Of a DNA stretch of 64,000 bases, positions 18,946-28,138 are shown piece after piece. How positions within the stretch are numbered: position 1 is the stretch's first letter; every line of letters starts with the position of its first letter. The stretch lies in the sequence record NC_049462.1, one strand, 5' to 3'. The position numbers and the translations under genes were made by a program. Source of the stretch: Klebsiella phage Magnus. Below the pieces are notes generated by a model. It did not search any database and was not told the origin of the DNA. It saw nothing but the letters and a program-made list of their open reading frames with translations.

Positions 18946-20841
18946 ATGGCAACTACAAGTTTCAGCGTTGCGCCGTCTGTACAGTGGACCGAGCGCGATG
19001 CCACGCTTCAGACGTCTCCGTCCGTTGTTGTTCAGGGCGCGTCTGCTGGTAAATTCCAATGGGGTGAAGTAGAATTACCCGTGTTGGTTACTAGCGGTGA
19101 GACTGGTCTGGTGAAGAAATTCTTCAAACCGAATGATGATACCGCGATCGACTTTCTGGTCATTGCTGACTTTATGTCGTATAGTTCTGCTGCATGGGTG
19201 ACCCGTATCGTCGGCCCTACTGCCAAGAACGCCGTGACTAAAGGTCAGAGCGCTATCCTCATCAAAAACAAACTGGACTTTGAGACCGCAAGTCCGTCGG
19301 CTTCTATCACCTGGACTGGTCGTTATCCCGGTTCTCTGGGCAACGATATCGCCGTTAACATCTGTGATGCAGCGTCATTCCCGACCTGGGAATTCCGTAA
19401 CAACTTTGCCTATGCTCCTCAGGCTGGCGAATTCCACGTTGTTATTGTGGACAAAGTTGGCCGTATCACCGATTCTTCCGGTGCTGTCGGTCAGGTAGAT
19501 CGTATTTCTATTTCTGGTACTGCTACCGCCGCTGGCGCCATTACAGTAGCAGGTGAATCTGTTGCATATCTGCAGACGGATACTCCAGCAACTCTGGCGG
19601 CTAAAATCGGCCTGGAGATGGAAGCGCTGACTGATGTTTATTCGAGCGTTGTTGTGAAATCGAATACCGTCATTCTGACCCACAAAGCTATCGGCCCGCA
19701 GCCCGTGACTGCCGTGGTTCCTGATGCTAATGGCCTGACTGGTACTGCGATCATCACCACTGTTGGCGCATCCGGTACGATCATCGAGAAATATGAACTG
19801 ATGCAGAATACCCAAGGCGCGAAAAAGTCTGATGGTGCTAATGCTTACTTCAAAGACGTGATCAACAACACTTCGAATTGGGTTTACACCTTCACTAATG
19901 CCCTGGCGGCAGGTGTAGTTGAACTCGAAGGTGGCGTTGATGATTACGACGTCAACCGTGTCGCTGCTATCGAAGCCCTGAACAACGCCGAAGCATACGA
20001 TGCTAAACCTGTGTTCGCATACTGTGAAGAACTGATCGAGCAGCAGGCTATCATCGACCTGTCGACTAACCGTAAAGACACAGTGTCCTTCGTGTCGCCG
20101 CTGCGTGATGTTGTAGTCGGCAACCGTGGTCGTGAAATGGATGATGTTGTGGCTTGGCGTGAAAGCCTGGTGCGCGATTCTTCCTATTTCTTTATGGATG
20201 ACAACTGGGCATACGTTTACGACAAGTACAACGACAAAATGCGCTGGATCCCGGCGTGTGGCGGTACTGCAGGTCTGTGGGCGCGTACTATTGAGATTGC
20301 TGGTATCTATAAGTCCCCGGCGTTCCATAACCGTGGCAAATACAACAATTACAACCGTATGGCGTGGTCTGCGTCTTCTGATGAACGTGCTGTGCTGTAT
20401 CGCAACCAGATCAACAGCATCGTCACCTTCTCCACAGAAGGCATCGTGTTGTACGGTGATAAGACTGGCCTGACCCGCCCGTCGGCGTTCGATCGCATTA
20501 ACGTGCGCGGCCTGTTCATCATGGCTGAACAAAACATCGCTGCCATCGCCAAATACTATCTTGGTGAAAACAACGATGCGTTCACTCGCAGCCTGTTTAG
20601 CAACGCCGTTCGTCCTTATATCCGCCAGCTGGCCAACATGGGCGCGATCTATGACGGTAAGGTCAAGTGCGACGAAGACAACAACCCGGCAGAAGTTATC
20701 GCGGCAAACCAGATGGTTGCTGGTATCTGGTTGAAACCGGAATACAGCATAAATTGGGTGTATCTTGACTTTGCTGCAGTTCGACCGGACATGGAGTTCA
20801 GCGAAATCGAATCTGGCGGCGGCATAGTCGCAGCGTCCTAA
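18946..20841 (+). CDS. 18: tail sheath protein gp18
   Basis: 'GKFQWGEVELPV' vs T4 'GKFQWGPAFQIK'. The C-terminal 'YGDKTGLTRPSAFDRINVRGLF' matches T4 'YGDKTATSVPSPFDRINVRRLF'. SD 'aggaa' precedes the ATG. Confidence 0.85.
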   Translation: MATTSFSVAPSVQWTERDATLQTSPSVVVQGASAGKFQWGEVELPVLVTSGETGLVKKFFKPNDDTAIDFLVIADFMSYSSAAWVTRIVGPTAKNAVTKGQSAILIKNKLDFETASPSASITWTGRYPGSLGNDIAVNICDAASFPTWEFRNNFAYAPQAGEFHVVIVDKVGRITDSSGAVGQVDRISISGTATAAGAITVAGESVAYLQTDTPATLAAKIGLEMEALTDVYSSVVVKSNTVILTHKAIGPQPVTAVVPDANGLTGTAIITTVGASGTIIEKYELMQNTQGAKKSDGANAYFKDVINNTSNWVYTFTNALAAGVVELEGGVDDYDVNRVAAIEALNNAEAYDAKPVFAYCEELIEQQAIIDLSTNRKDTVSFVSPLRDVVVGNRGREMDDVVAWRESLVRDSSYFFMDDNWAYVYDKYNDKMRWIPACGGTAGLWARTIEIAGIYKSPAFHNRGKYNNYNRMAWSASSDERAVLYRNQINSIVTFSTEGIVLYGDKTGLTRPSAFDRINVRGLFIMAEQNIAAIAKYYLGENNDAFTRSLFSNAVRPYIRQLANMGAIYDGKVKCDEDNNPAEVIAANQMVAGIWLKPEYSINWVYLDFAAVRPDMEFSEIESGGGIVAAS

Positions 20842-20852
20842 ATATAAGACAC

Positions 20853-20872
20853 ATGCCCTCTTCGGAGGGCAT
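20853..20872 (+). terminator. hairpin atgccctc-ttcg-gagggcat after gp18
   Basis: Perfect 8-bp stem. Weak U-tract. Confidence 0.35.
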
Positions 20873-20884
20873 TGAGGTATTGTT

Positions 20885-21187
20885 ATGAAAAGTTTTTCTC
20901 AATTTTTAGCAGAAGCGGGCCTAAAAGGTGACCTTCAGAAAGTTAAAGACTCCGTAATTGAGTGGTTGGAAGACCAAGATGTAAGACTCAAAAATGGGGA
21001 TATCGAAAATGGAGTATTTGGAGATTTCTTCCGCATAACCATTGATGATTTTGCATATACATATAATGGCAAAGAGATCAAAGTATTCGATCTGAAGAAA
21101 GATAAACAGGTTGTTAACAAAGCTGCTGGAACTCGAGAAGCCCCAGGTGAACTCGGTAAATTGTTTAAGAAATACAGCAAAGTGTAA
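20885..21187 (+). CDS. hypothetical protein (100 aa), AT-rich, part of the inserted cassette between genes 18 and 19
   Basis: ORF with SD 'gaggt'. Lower GC than the flanking structural genes. Confidence 0.4.
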   Translation: MKSFSQFLAEAGLKGDLQKVKDSVIEWLEDQDVRLKNGDIENGVFGDFFRITIDDFAYTYNGKEIKVFDLKKDKQVVNKAAGTREAPGELGKLFKKYSKV

Positions 21188-21190
21188 CAT

Positions 21191-21214
21191 ACCCCGCTTC
21201 GGCGGGGTTTTACT
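21191..21214 (+). terminator. terminator accccgc-ttcg-gcggggt + tttta
   Basis: GC stem plus T-run. Confidence 0.5.
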
Positions 21215-21250
21215 TCGGGGTAAATAATATCGGCAACCCGGAGATTTGAA

Positions 21251-21706
21251 ATGATATTTGCATACAAAATTGAAATGAATGCCAACAACATGGTCTATAT
21301 CGGTGTGACCAATGATCCGCAAAGGCGATATGAGCAACATTTGGCCAATGCATTTCAATATAATGTTGAAAGTGAATTGTATGATGCCATGCGCAAATAT
21401 GGGGCTTCTGCTTTTACTTTCGTGATTATTGCTCAAACCGATGAAGTCCACAAATGGGAATTGGAAAAGCAATTAATTGCTCAATATAATTCTTATGAAT
21501 TGGGCTACAACATGAATAAAGGCGGTAACGATGGAAGTCATCTGGTTGGTAAAGCTGCTGCTAAATTGACCTCCACTGGAGAACATATTGGTATGGTCTC
21601 ATTAATTGATCCACGTTGGGATCTCTGTGAGATTGAACCAGTACGGAACAATGTTGATCATGGCTTTGATCTCAGTAAATTGACGATCAAAAGATTAACA
21701 GACTAA
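21251..21706 (+). CDS. GIY-YIG homing endonuclease (free-standing, Seg-like)
   Basis: N-terminal 'FAYKIEMNANNMVYIGVTNDPQRRYEQH' carries GIY-YIG motifs A and B. 'ELGYNMNKGG' carries the conserved Asn. The gene is AT-rich and inserted between the conserved 18 and 19 genes. Confidence 0.7.
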   Translation: MIFAYKIEMNANNMVYIGVTNDPQRRYEQHLANAFQYNVESELYDAMRKYGASAFTFVIIAQTDEVHKWELEKQLIAQYNSYELGYNMNKGGNDGSHLVGKAAAKLTSTGEHIGMVSLIDPRWDLCEIEPVRNNVDHGFDLSKLTIKRLTD

Positions 21707-21740
21707 TTAGAATTGTGTAACTCTTTTTGGAGAATGTATA

Positions 21741-22274
21741 ATGGCTACAGTAAATGAATTTCGCGCGGCCATGTCACGTGGGGGCGGCGTTCAACGTCAG
21801 CACCGCTGGCGTGTGACTGTAAACTTCCCGGCATTCGTAGCGGGTTCTGACACCATTCGTGACGTATCTCTGTTGGCTGTAACAACCAACACCCCGACAG
21901 GCCAGCTGGGTGAGATTCTCGTTCCGTGGGGTGGCCGTGAACTGCCGTTCCCTGGCGACCGTCGTTTTGAGGCTCTGCCTGTAACGTTCATCAACGTTGT
22001 AGACAACGCCCCGTACAACGCATTTGAAATCTGGCAGCAGTATATCAACGGCAGCAACAACAACCGTGCGTCTGCTAACCCAGATGATTATTTCCGTGAC
22101 ATCATCATGGAACTGCTGGATGCTAACGACAACGTCACCAAGACCTGGACGCTGCAGGGCGGCTGGCCTCAGAACCTCGGTCAGCTGGAACTGGATATGT
22201 CTGCTATGGACTCCTATACTCAGTTCACTGTTGACCTGCGTTACTTCCAGGCCATTTCGGACAAGTCTCTCTAA
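21741..22274 (+). CDS. 19: tail tube protein gp19
   Basis: 'LQGGWPQNLGQLELDMS' vs T4 gp19 'IKGLWPTNVGELQLDWD'. Gene order is 18-(HEG)-19-20. Confidence 0.8.
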   Translation: MATVNEFRAAMSRGGGVQRQHRWRVTVNFPAFVAGSDTIRDVSLLAVTTNTPTGQLGEILVPWGGRELPFPGDRRFEALPVTFINVVDNAPYNAFEIWQQYINGSNNNRASANPDDYFRDIIMELLDANDNVTKTWTLQGGWPQNLGQLELDMSAMDSYTQFTVDLRYFQAISDKSL

Positions 22275-22283
22275 CGTTACACG

Positions 22284-22310
22284 TGGTGGGGGAATTTATT
22301 TCCCCACCAC
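22284..22310 (+). terminator. hairpin gtggtggggg-aatttatt-tccccaccac after gp19
   Basis: 10-bp inverted repeat. Confidence 0.4.
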
Positions 22311-22342
22311 TAATTACAAGAAAACGTTGAGGACATATAATC

Positions 22343-24025
22343 ATGGCATACGGCAAAGGTTTCTTTGGTCTGTTCAGCGGCGGCGGTTTAGTTGACGCCA
22401 AAGTTGACACGGACAAATATGTCCAGAGTCAAGAAGAGAAGCTGCTTTCAAAAGCGACTGTTGTAGCTCTGGACGACGCTCAGGATGGTTCAGTCATCCT
22501 CCAGGGCGGGGCCAACACTTACAATTATGTTGGTGTTGAGAGCGAGCTGCTTAATGTCAAACAGCTTGTTGAAGAATATCAGTCCATGGCTCAGCAGCCT
22601 GAAATCCGCAAAGCGGTGGACATCATTATTAACGACGTTGTCACCTGCGAAGAAGATGAAACGCCGGTTACTATCAATCTCGATAAAGTTGAAGGCATCA
22701 GTGAAGATTTGAAAGAACAAATCACAGAATGCTTCAAAGAGATTATGAATTTGCTGGACTTTGACGACACCGCGTATCAGAAGATTCGTAAATGGTATGT
22801 TGAAGGCCGTCAGGCATATCATGTTGTAACTGACCCAACCAAGCCGGGTAACGGCATTCAGAAGCTGGTCATGCTTGATTCTCGTTGCATCCGTCCAGTA
22901 TACGTCGTTGAGAAAACGATGCGAGAAGGCGGCATCGAGGCAATCGAAAAGGTCACTCTCAAGTATTACTACAATCCGAACTACAACCGCAACCAATTCA
23001 CTGGTCAATCTGGGACATCTCAGAACTTCCAGCCGTCTCAACAGGAACTGGTATTTGACGAAGAAAGTATCGTCTATGTTGATAGCGGTGAAGATCCTTT
23101 GGCAAATGGTGTTGTTCCCGGTCTGCTGAACCCTGCTATCCGTCCGCTCAACAACCTGGTTACGGTTGAGGATGCGACGGTAATTTACGCCATCACCCGT
23201 GCTCCAGAAAAACGTGCATTCTATCTGGACGTCGGTACTCTCGGTAAGAAATCTGCCGAAGAATACATGACTATGATGATGGGTAAATTCAAAAACCGTC
23301 TGGCATTCGACCGCAGTACTGGTAAGATTACGGGCAACAGCCATCTGATGGGGATTGCTGAGGACTACTGGTTGCCTCGTCGTGAAGGTCAGAACGCTAC
23401 TGAGATTTCAACAGTCGGTGGTGGCGACCAATTAGGACAGATGGACCACGTCAATTACTTCCTTGAAAAACTGTATAGCTCTCTGTTTATTCCAAAGAGT
23501 CGTATCCAGGAAGAAGGGAGCATCAATATTGGCGGTTCTAATTTGGCTGAGATCACCCAGGAAGAACTGCGGTTCAATAAATTCTGCGCAGGTTTGCGCC
23601 GTCGTTATTCTAAATTCTTCTCTGAATTTTTACGTCGTCAGTTAATTTTGAAAAAGATTACTGACGAACAAGATTGGGTTGAAAAAATTCAACCGTTTGT
23701 TACGTTTGAATTCACCTCAGACAGTTTTATCCGTGAACAGCAAGAAAATGAAATGCTTGCTGGTCGCCTCAGTGCCCTGACCGGGATTGAGCCTTATATC
23801 GGAACATTCTTCTCAATTGATTACGCGATGCGGAACATTATGCGTATGTCTGATGAAGAAATTAAGGCTCAGCAAGAGAAGATCAAAGAAGAAAAAGATA
23901 AAGGAATGTATCCGAAGGTTCAGGCTGATGAAAGCGGTGGGTTTAGTGGACAAGATGTTAGCCCGCTGAAATGGCGACCTGAAGTCGTACCTTTCCAGGG
24001 TACGCCCGGCGGAGTGGAAGAGTAA
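22343..24025 (+). CDS. 20: portal protein gp20
   Basis: 'ATVIYAITRAPEKRAFYLDVGTL...IAEDYWLPRREGQNATEIST' vs T4 gp20 '[23 protein letters not shown]...[20 protein letters not shown]'. The C-terminal 'MSDEEIKAQQEKIKEE' also matches. Confidence 0.85.
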   Translation: MAYGKGFFGLFSGGGLVDAKVDTDKYVQSQEEKLLSKATVVALDDAQDGSVILQGGANTYNYVGVESELLNVKQLVEEYQSMAQQPEIRKAVDIIINDVVTCEEDETPVTINLDKVEGISEDLKEQITECFKEIMNLLDFDDTAYQKIRKWYVEGRQAYHVVTDPTKPGNGIQKLVMLDSRCIRPVYVVEKTMREGGIEAIEKVTLKYYYNPNYNRNQFTGQSGTSQNFQPSQQELVFDEESIVYVDSGEDPLANGVVPGLLNPAIRPLNNLVTVEDATVIYAITRAPEKRAFYLDVGTLGKKSAEEYMTMMMGKFKNRLAFDRSTGKITGNSHLMGIAEDYWLPRREGQNATEISTVGGGDQLGQMDHVNYFLEKLYSSLFIPKSRIQEEGSINIGGSNLAEITQEELRFNKFCAGLRRRYSKFFSEFLRRQLILKKITDEQDWVEKIQPFVTFEFTSDSFIREQQENEMLAGRLSALTGIEPYIGTFFSIDYAMRNIMRMSDEEIKAQQEKIKEEKDKGMYPKVQADESGGFSGQDVSPLKWRPEVVPFQGTPGGVEE

Positions 24026-24036
24026 AAATTTATCAA

Positions 24037-24043
24037 CTAAATA
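24037..24043 (+). promoter_or_regulatory. late promoter core CTAAATA
   Basis: 'tcaaCTAAATAtag' lies 28 nt upstream of ATG 24071. Confidence 0.4.
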
Positions 24044-24070
24044 TAGAAAATTAACTTCGGAGATACAATC

Positions 24071-24235
24071 ATGAGCGCGATCGATATTGTTCGAGCCGTA
24101 CTGGATGGTGACATCGAAAATGCCACGGCAGAATGTGGTATGGAACTTGATGCCCGCCGTGAAGAACTGATTGCTCAGGGTACAGAATACGTTCTGAATT
24201 CCCTGGGTGACGACCTCAGCACTGGCGCGGAATAG
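24071..24235 (+). CDS. small acidic prohead core protein candidate (54 aa; gp67/68 position)
   Basis: Short ORF between the portal and protease genes, where T4 genes 67 and 68 sit. Confidence 0.3.
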   Translation: MSAIDIVRAVLDGDIENATAECGMELDARREELIAQGTEYVLNSLGDDLSTGAE

Positions 24236-24244
24236 GTGATTAAT

Positions 24245-24553
24245 ATGGAAATCAAAGAAATTGCCACGTTCGCTGATTTCCTGGCTTCCCGCATGGACGA
24301 ACAGAAAGTCATCGATAAAGTGAACGCAAAAGGTAAACGCCGTCGTCGTTTAAAATGCGCTCCCGGATTCAAACTTTCCGCTGATGGTTCTCGTTGTGAA
24401 GTCATGAACGCCAGCGAGCGCCGTTCCCGTAAACTGGGCAACCGGAAAGCCATACGCGCCAAAAAACGTATGGGTCTGGGGTATGAACGCAAAGTCGAGC
24501 GGCGTAAAAAGAAAGCCATGAAGTTCCGTAAAATGATGGGACTGAGTAAGTAA
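24245..24553 (+). CDS. highly basic prohead core/internal protein candidate (102 aa, Arg/Lys-rich)
   Basis: 'KGKRRRRLKC...RRSRKLGNRKAIRAKKRMG'. SD 'aggtga'. Confidence 0.45.
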   Translation: MEIKEIATFADFLASRMDEQKVIDKVNAKGKRRRRLKCAPGFKLSADGSRCEVMNASERRSRKLGNRKAIRAKKRMGLGYERKVERRKKKAMKFRKMMGLSK

Positions 24554-24560
24554 GGAGCAA

Positions 24561-25229
24561 ATGATGAAACTGTTGCGTGAGATCACGGCGATAGGAAAGG
24601 AACTTCAGATCGGGGAAGCGCAAACTTCCACTGGTGGGAAGGCCATGTTCATCGAAGGTCCGTTTGTGATGTGTAACCAGGTTAACCGCAACGGGCGCAA
24701 CTACGACCTTGAAAAAGTCGGTCGCCCTGCTGTGGAAGCATATGACCGGGAATACATTCAAGATCGTCGCGCAATCGGTGAACTCAAGCATCCTGACTAT
24801 CCATTTCCTGATATCGAACATGCCGCCCTCAAAACCGAGTCACTCGTGTGGCAAGGCAACAATGCAATCGGGCGGGCGCGTATTTTAAACACCCCCAAAG
24901 GTCAGATCATCCGTGCTCTGGCTGATGCGGACTTCAACCTGGCTGTCTCTACACGTGGCCTGGGTGAGACAGTAGAAGTTAACGGCTATGATGATGTCAA
25001 GCCGGGCTTCATGCTTACCGCTGTTGATGCTGTCGACCGTCCTTCTGGACAAGTTTGTTATGTAAAAGCGGTTCACGAATCTGTAGACTGGCAACTTGAT
25101 GAATCCTCTGGTATCTGGATGCCACGGGACATCAAAGGTCAGGTTGTAGACAATCTGGTTAAACACAATAGCCAGCTTGAAGACGACTTCCTGCGCCGTC
25201 TTGATTTAGCTCTTAAAAAATTGGGTTGA
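24561..25229 (+). CDS. 21: prohead core protease gp21
   Basis: 'GELKHPDYPFPDIEHAA' vs T4 gp21 'GELEHPAGKARIDLAKV'. 'LAVSTRGLGE' vs 'VGMSSRGIGS'. 'LTAVDAVDRPSG' vs 'LLTIDAVSDPSS'. Gene order is 20-67/68-21-22-23. Confidence 0.8.
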   Translation: MMKLLREITAIGKELQIGEAQTSTGGKAMFIEGPFVMCNQVNRNGRNYDLEKVGRPAVEAYDREYIQDRRAIGELKHPDYPFPDIEHAALKTESLVWQGNNAIGRARILNTPKGQIIRALADADFNLAVSTRGLGETVEVNGYDDVKPGFMLTAVDAVDRPSGQVCYVKAVHESVDWQLDESSGIWMPRDIKGQVVDNLVKHNSQLEDDFLRRLDLALKKLG

Positions 25230-25240
25230 TTTCAGCTCAC

Positions 25241-25247
25241 TAAATAC
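25241..25247 (+). promoter_or_regulatory. late promoter core CTAAATA upstream of gp22
   Basis: 'agctcaCTAAATActg' lies 28 nt before ATG 25275. Confidence 0.45.
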
Positions 25248-25274
25248 TGAAAAATCGTTCAGAAGGAAATTATC

Positions 25275-26135
25275 ATGAAACCTGAATTACAAAAACTGTT
25301 TGAGGGCGTTAATGGCCTCAGCACCGAGTTCCTGGACAAAGTGAGCGGTCTGATGGAGGCTAAAGTCGGCGAAGCCCGTCTTCAGGCTATCCAAGAGACT
25401 GAACATGTTGCCCACCAGGAACGTCTGAAACTGGTGGAAGCGCATCAGCAAGAAATCGCTAACCTGAAAGAAACTCATATTCAGGAAGTGGCGGCCAAAG
25501 TTGATGCATTCCTGAATGCCGTGGTTGAAGAATGGGCGAACAAAAATGCTCCGGCTATTGACGCTACCATCAAAACCGAAGCGGCTGAAAAATTCCTGTC
25601 TGGTATGGTCAACGTGCTGAAAGAAGCCAACGTTGAATTTACTGTAGACACCGACGGCCAGATCGCGGCCCTGACTCATCGTCTGGCGGAAGCAGAAAAA
25701 CGTGCAAACGTTTCTGAATCCGAGCTGAAACAGATCCGCGAACAAGAAAGTATCCGCCAGCGCAATAACGTCATTGACGAAATTTGCGAAGGCATGGTCA
25801 GTACCAAAAAAGAAGTCGTTGTTGGCCTTCTGGAAGGTATTCAATTTTCTGACGCCTCTTCCTTCGGCGCTCGCGTTCGCACCTTCCGCAACCTGGTAGA
25901 AGGTAACAAAGACGACTTTACTGACAAAGTCGGTAAAGACAACGAAGGTGGTAAATCTTCTGATGATAAGGAAAAAGACATCAAAGAAGGCAAAAAACAG
26001 AAAAAAGAAGGCGACGATCCTGATGATGACGATGACGACAACGACGATGACCCTGATGAAACCGACAAAGAACTGAAAGAGTCGGTCAGCCGTCAGCTGG
26101 AAGAATACCGTCGTATGCGTGGTCTGAAAGGCTAA
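25275..26135 (+). CDS. 22: prohead scaffold protein gp22
   Basis: Coiled-coil protein with a poly-acidic tail 'DDPDDDDDDNDDDPDE'. It sits between the protease and the MCP. Confidence 0.7.
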   Translation: MKPELQKLFEGVNGLSTEFLDKVSGLMEAKVGEARLQAIQETEHVAHQERLKLVEAHQQEIANLKETHIQEVAAKVDAFLNAVVEEWANKNAPAIDATIKTEAAEKFLSGMVNVLKEANVEFTVDTDGQIAALTHRLAEAEKRANVSESELKQIREQESIRQRNNVIDEICEGMVSTKKEVVVGLLEGIQFSDASSFGARVRTFRNLVEGNKDDFTDKVGKDNEGGKSSDDKEKDIKEGKKQKKEGDDPDDDDDDNDDDPDETDKELKESVSRQLEEYRRMRGLKG

Positions 26136-26229
26136 ATTTTGCAGCCACAGCCCTCTATAAAAGGGGGCTTGATTTTGAACGACTAAGTAATTTCAACTTA
26201 ACTGAATATCAATGTAAGGAATGAGCATC

Positions 26230-27552
26230 ATGGCTAAGAAACTTGTTACTGAACAAATGCGCGAAACGTGGCTGCCGGTTCTGAATGAAGAATCCAAATC
26301 TATTCAGCCGCTGTCTGCCGAAAACGTCGCGGTTCGCCTGCTGCAGAACCAGGCCGAATGGAACGCCAAAAACCTGGGCGAATCCGAAGCGCCGGGTTCT
26401 CTGAACACCACTGTCGGTAAATGGCAACCGGTTCTGATCGATATGGCAAAACGTCTGGCGCCGATCAACATCGCGATGGACTTCTTCGGCGTTCAGCCGC
26501 TGTCTGGTCCGGACGGTCAGATCTTCGCACTGCGTGCTCGCCAGGGCGTTGCTGACGGTTCTAATACCCAGCAGTCCCGTAAAGAACTGTTCATGCAGGA
26601 AGCCGATTCCGGTTATTCTGGTGACGGTACTGTACAGGCTGGTGACCCGTCTGGCTTCACCCAGGCTGAGATCGAAGGTTCCGGCGCTGGCACCACCACC
26701 ATCGGTAAAGGTATGCCGTCGACCGACGCTGAACTGCTGGGCTCTCCGTCCAATCCGTGGGCGCGTGTTGGTATCACCGTTCAAAAAGCGACCGTTACTG
26801 CGAAATCTCGCGGCCTGTACGCTGATTACAGCCACGAACTGCGCCAGGACATGATGGCGATCCACGGCGAAGACGTGGACAACATTCTGTCCGACGTGAT
26901 GGTAACTGAAATTCAGGCGGAAATGAACCGCGAATTCATCCGCACCATGAACTTCAGCGCAGTACGTTTCAAAAAATTCGGCACCAACGGTATCGTAGAC
27001 ATCGCTCAGGATATCTCCGGTCGTTGGGCGCTGGAAAAATGGAAATTCCTGACCTTCATCCTGGAAGTTGAAGCGAACGGTATCGGCGTTGACACCCGTC
27101 GTGGTAAAGGCAACCGTGTCCTGTGTTCCCCGAACGTAGCATCCGCGCTGGCAATGTCCGGCATGCTGGATTACGCTCCGGTTCTGCAGGAAAACACCAA
27201 GCTGGCGGTTGACCCGACTGGTCAGACCTTTGCGGGCGTTCTGTCCAACGGTATGCGCGTCTATATCGACCCGTATGCAGTAGCAGAATATATCACCCTG
27301 GCGTACAAAGGCGCAACTGCGCTGGATGCTGGTATCTTCTTCGCACCTTACGTGCCGCTGGAAATGTACCGCACCCAGGGTGAAAGCACCTTCGCACCGC
27401 GTATGGCGTTCAAAACCCGTTACGGCATCTGCGCGAACCCGTTCGTACAGATCCCGGCTACCCAAGACCCGCAGGTATACGTTACCTCCGACGGCATCGC
27501 CCAGGACAGTAACCCGTACTTCCGTAAAGGTCTCATCAAATCTCTGTTCTAA
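26230..27552 (+). CDS. 23: major capsid protein gp23
   Basis: 'FFGVQPLSGPDGQIFALRA' vs T4 gp23 'FDICGVQPMNSPTGQVFALRA'. 'DAGIFFAPYVPL' vs 'DAGIYYAPYVAL'. 'MAFKTRYGICANPF' vs 'MGFKTRYGIGINPF'. SD 'aagga' lies 9 nt before ATG 26230. Confidence 0.9.
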   Translation: MAKKLVTEQMRETWLPVLNEESKSIQPLSAENVAVRLLQNQAEWNAKNLGESEAPGSLNTTVGKWQPVLIDMAKRLAPINIAMDFFGVQPLSGPDGQIFALRARQGVADGSNTQQSRKELFMQEADSGYSGDGTVQAGDPSGFTQAEIEGSGAGTTTIGKGMPSTDAELLGSPSNPWARVGITVQKATVTAKSRGLYADYSHELRQDMMAIHGEDVDNILSDVMVTEIQAEMNREFIRTMNFSAVRFKKFGTNGIVDIAQDISGRWALEKWKFLTFILEVEANGIGVDTRRGKGNRVLCSPNVASALAMSGMLDYAPVLQENTKLAVDPTGQTFAGVLSNGMRVYIDPYAVAEYITLAYKGATALDAGIFFAPYVPLEMYRTQGESTFAPRMAFKTRYGICANPFVQIPATQDPQVYVTSDGIAQDSNPYFRKGLIKSLF

Positions 27553-27573
27553 TCGGACAGCTGATCTGAATCA

Positions 27574-27601
27574 AACCCCGCCATGTGCGGGGTTTTTATT
27601 T
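27574..27601 (+). terminator. strong rho-independent terminator (aaaccccgcc-atg-tgcggggttt + ttattt)
   Basis: Perfect GC stem plus U-run after gp23. Confidence 0.7.
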
Positions 27602-27625
27602 GCTCAAATTTATTTATTGAATCAC

Positions 27626-27654
27626 TTTACTTCTTCAATAACCTTCCTTATACT
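27626..27654 (+). promoter_or_regulatory. sigma70-type early promoter: -35 TTTACT, 17-bp spacer, -10 TATACT
   Basis: Read directly from the sequence. It belongs to a repeated 'cTTTACTtcttCAATAA' promoter family (copies at 30396, 52102, 54154). Confidence 0.55.
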
Positions 27655-27701
27655 TCAATCCATAGCAGTAATACACCAACTTGAAACGAAGGAACTACAC
27701 C

Positions 27702-28058
27702 ATGACTAAATCTGAAATCAACGCAATCCTGAAAGACCTCGGTTACGGCAGCATGAAGATGAGAGCAGGTCTGTATGAGACTCCTAAATGTGCTCGCAAC
27801 CGTCAGGGTAAAATGATCAAAGGCATTTGGTGTGGTGACGTAGGCCCAACCACGGTGACCTCTCCTCACCTGAACGGGTACGAAAAAGTCGTCCGCGAGT
27901 TCTGTAACAAAGTGTGTGGCCGGGTGGATGAGTCCCTGTCCACCCACGACTTGAAGGTAGTAGCATTTGGCGACAACCTGGTGTCATTCACCCTCAGCAG
28001 CTACCCATATGGTGGTGATTATGACCGCTACTACGCGATCGTGACAATCCGCAAATAA
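27702..28058 (+). CDS. hypothetical protein (118 aa; four Cys)
   Basis: ATG preceded by the conserved leader box 'TGAAACGAAGGAACTACA'. Confidence 0.5.
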   Translation: MTKSEINAILKDLGYGSMKMRAGLYETPKCARNRQGKMIKGIWCGDVGPTTVTSPHLNGYEKVVREFCNKVCGRVDESLSTHDLKVVAFGDNLVSFTLSSYPYGGDYDRYYAIVTIRK

Positions 28059-28062
28059 CCCA

Positions 28063-28087
28063 CCCCGCTCCGGCGGGGTTTTTCTTT
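28063..28087 (+). terminator. terminator ccccgc-tccg-gcgggg + tttttctttat
   Basis: GC stem plus U-run. Confidence 0.65.
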
Positions 28088-28138
28088 ATATGCCCTCCAG
28101 CTTATCATGATATGGTCTATCACTGAGGAAACCAAATC

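Noticed and set aside
19375-20532. 385-aa minus-strand ORF
   Set aside because: Antisense to the tail sheath gene 18, which has clear T4 homology. Spurious.
22490-23344. 284-aa minus-strand ORF
   Set aside because: Antisense to the portal gene 20. Spurious.
26209-27465. 418-aa minus-strand ORF
   Set aside because: Antisense to the major capsid protein gene. Spurious.
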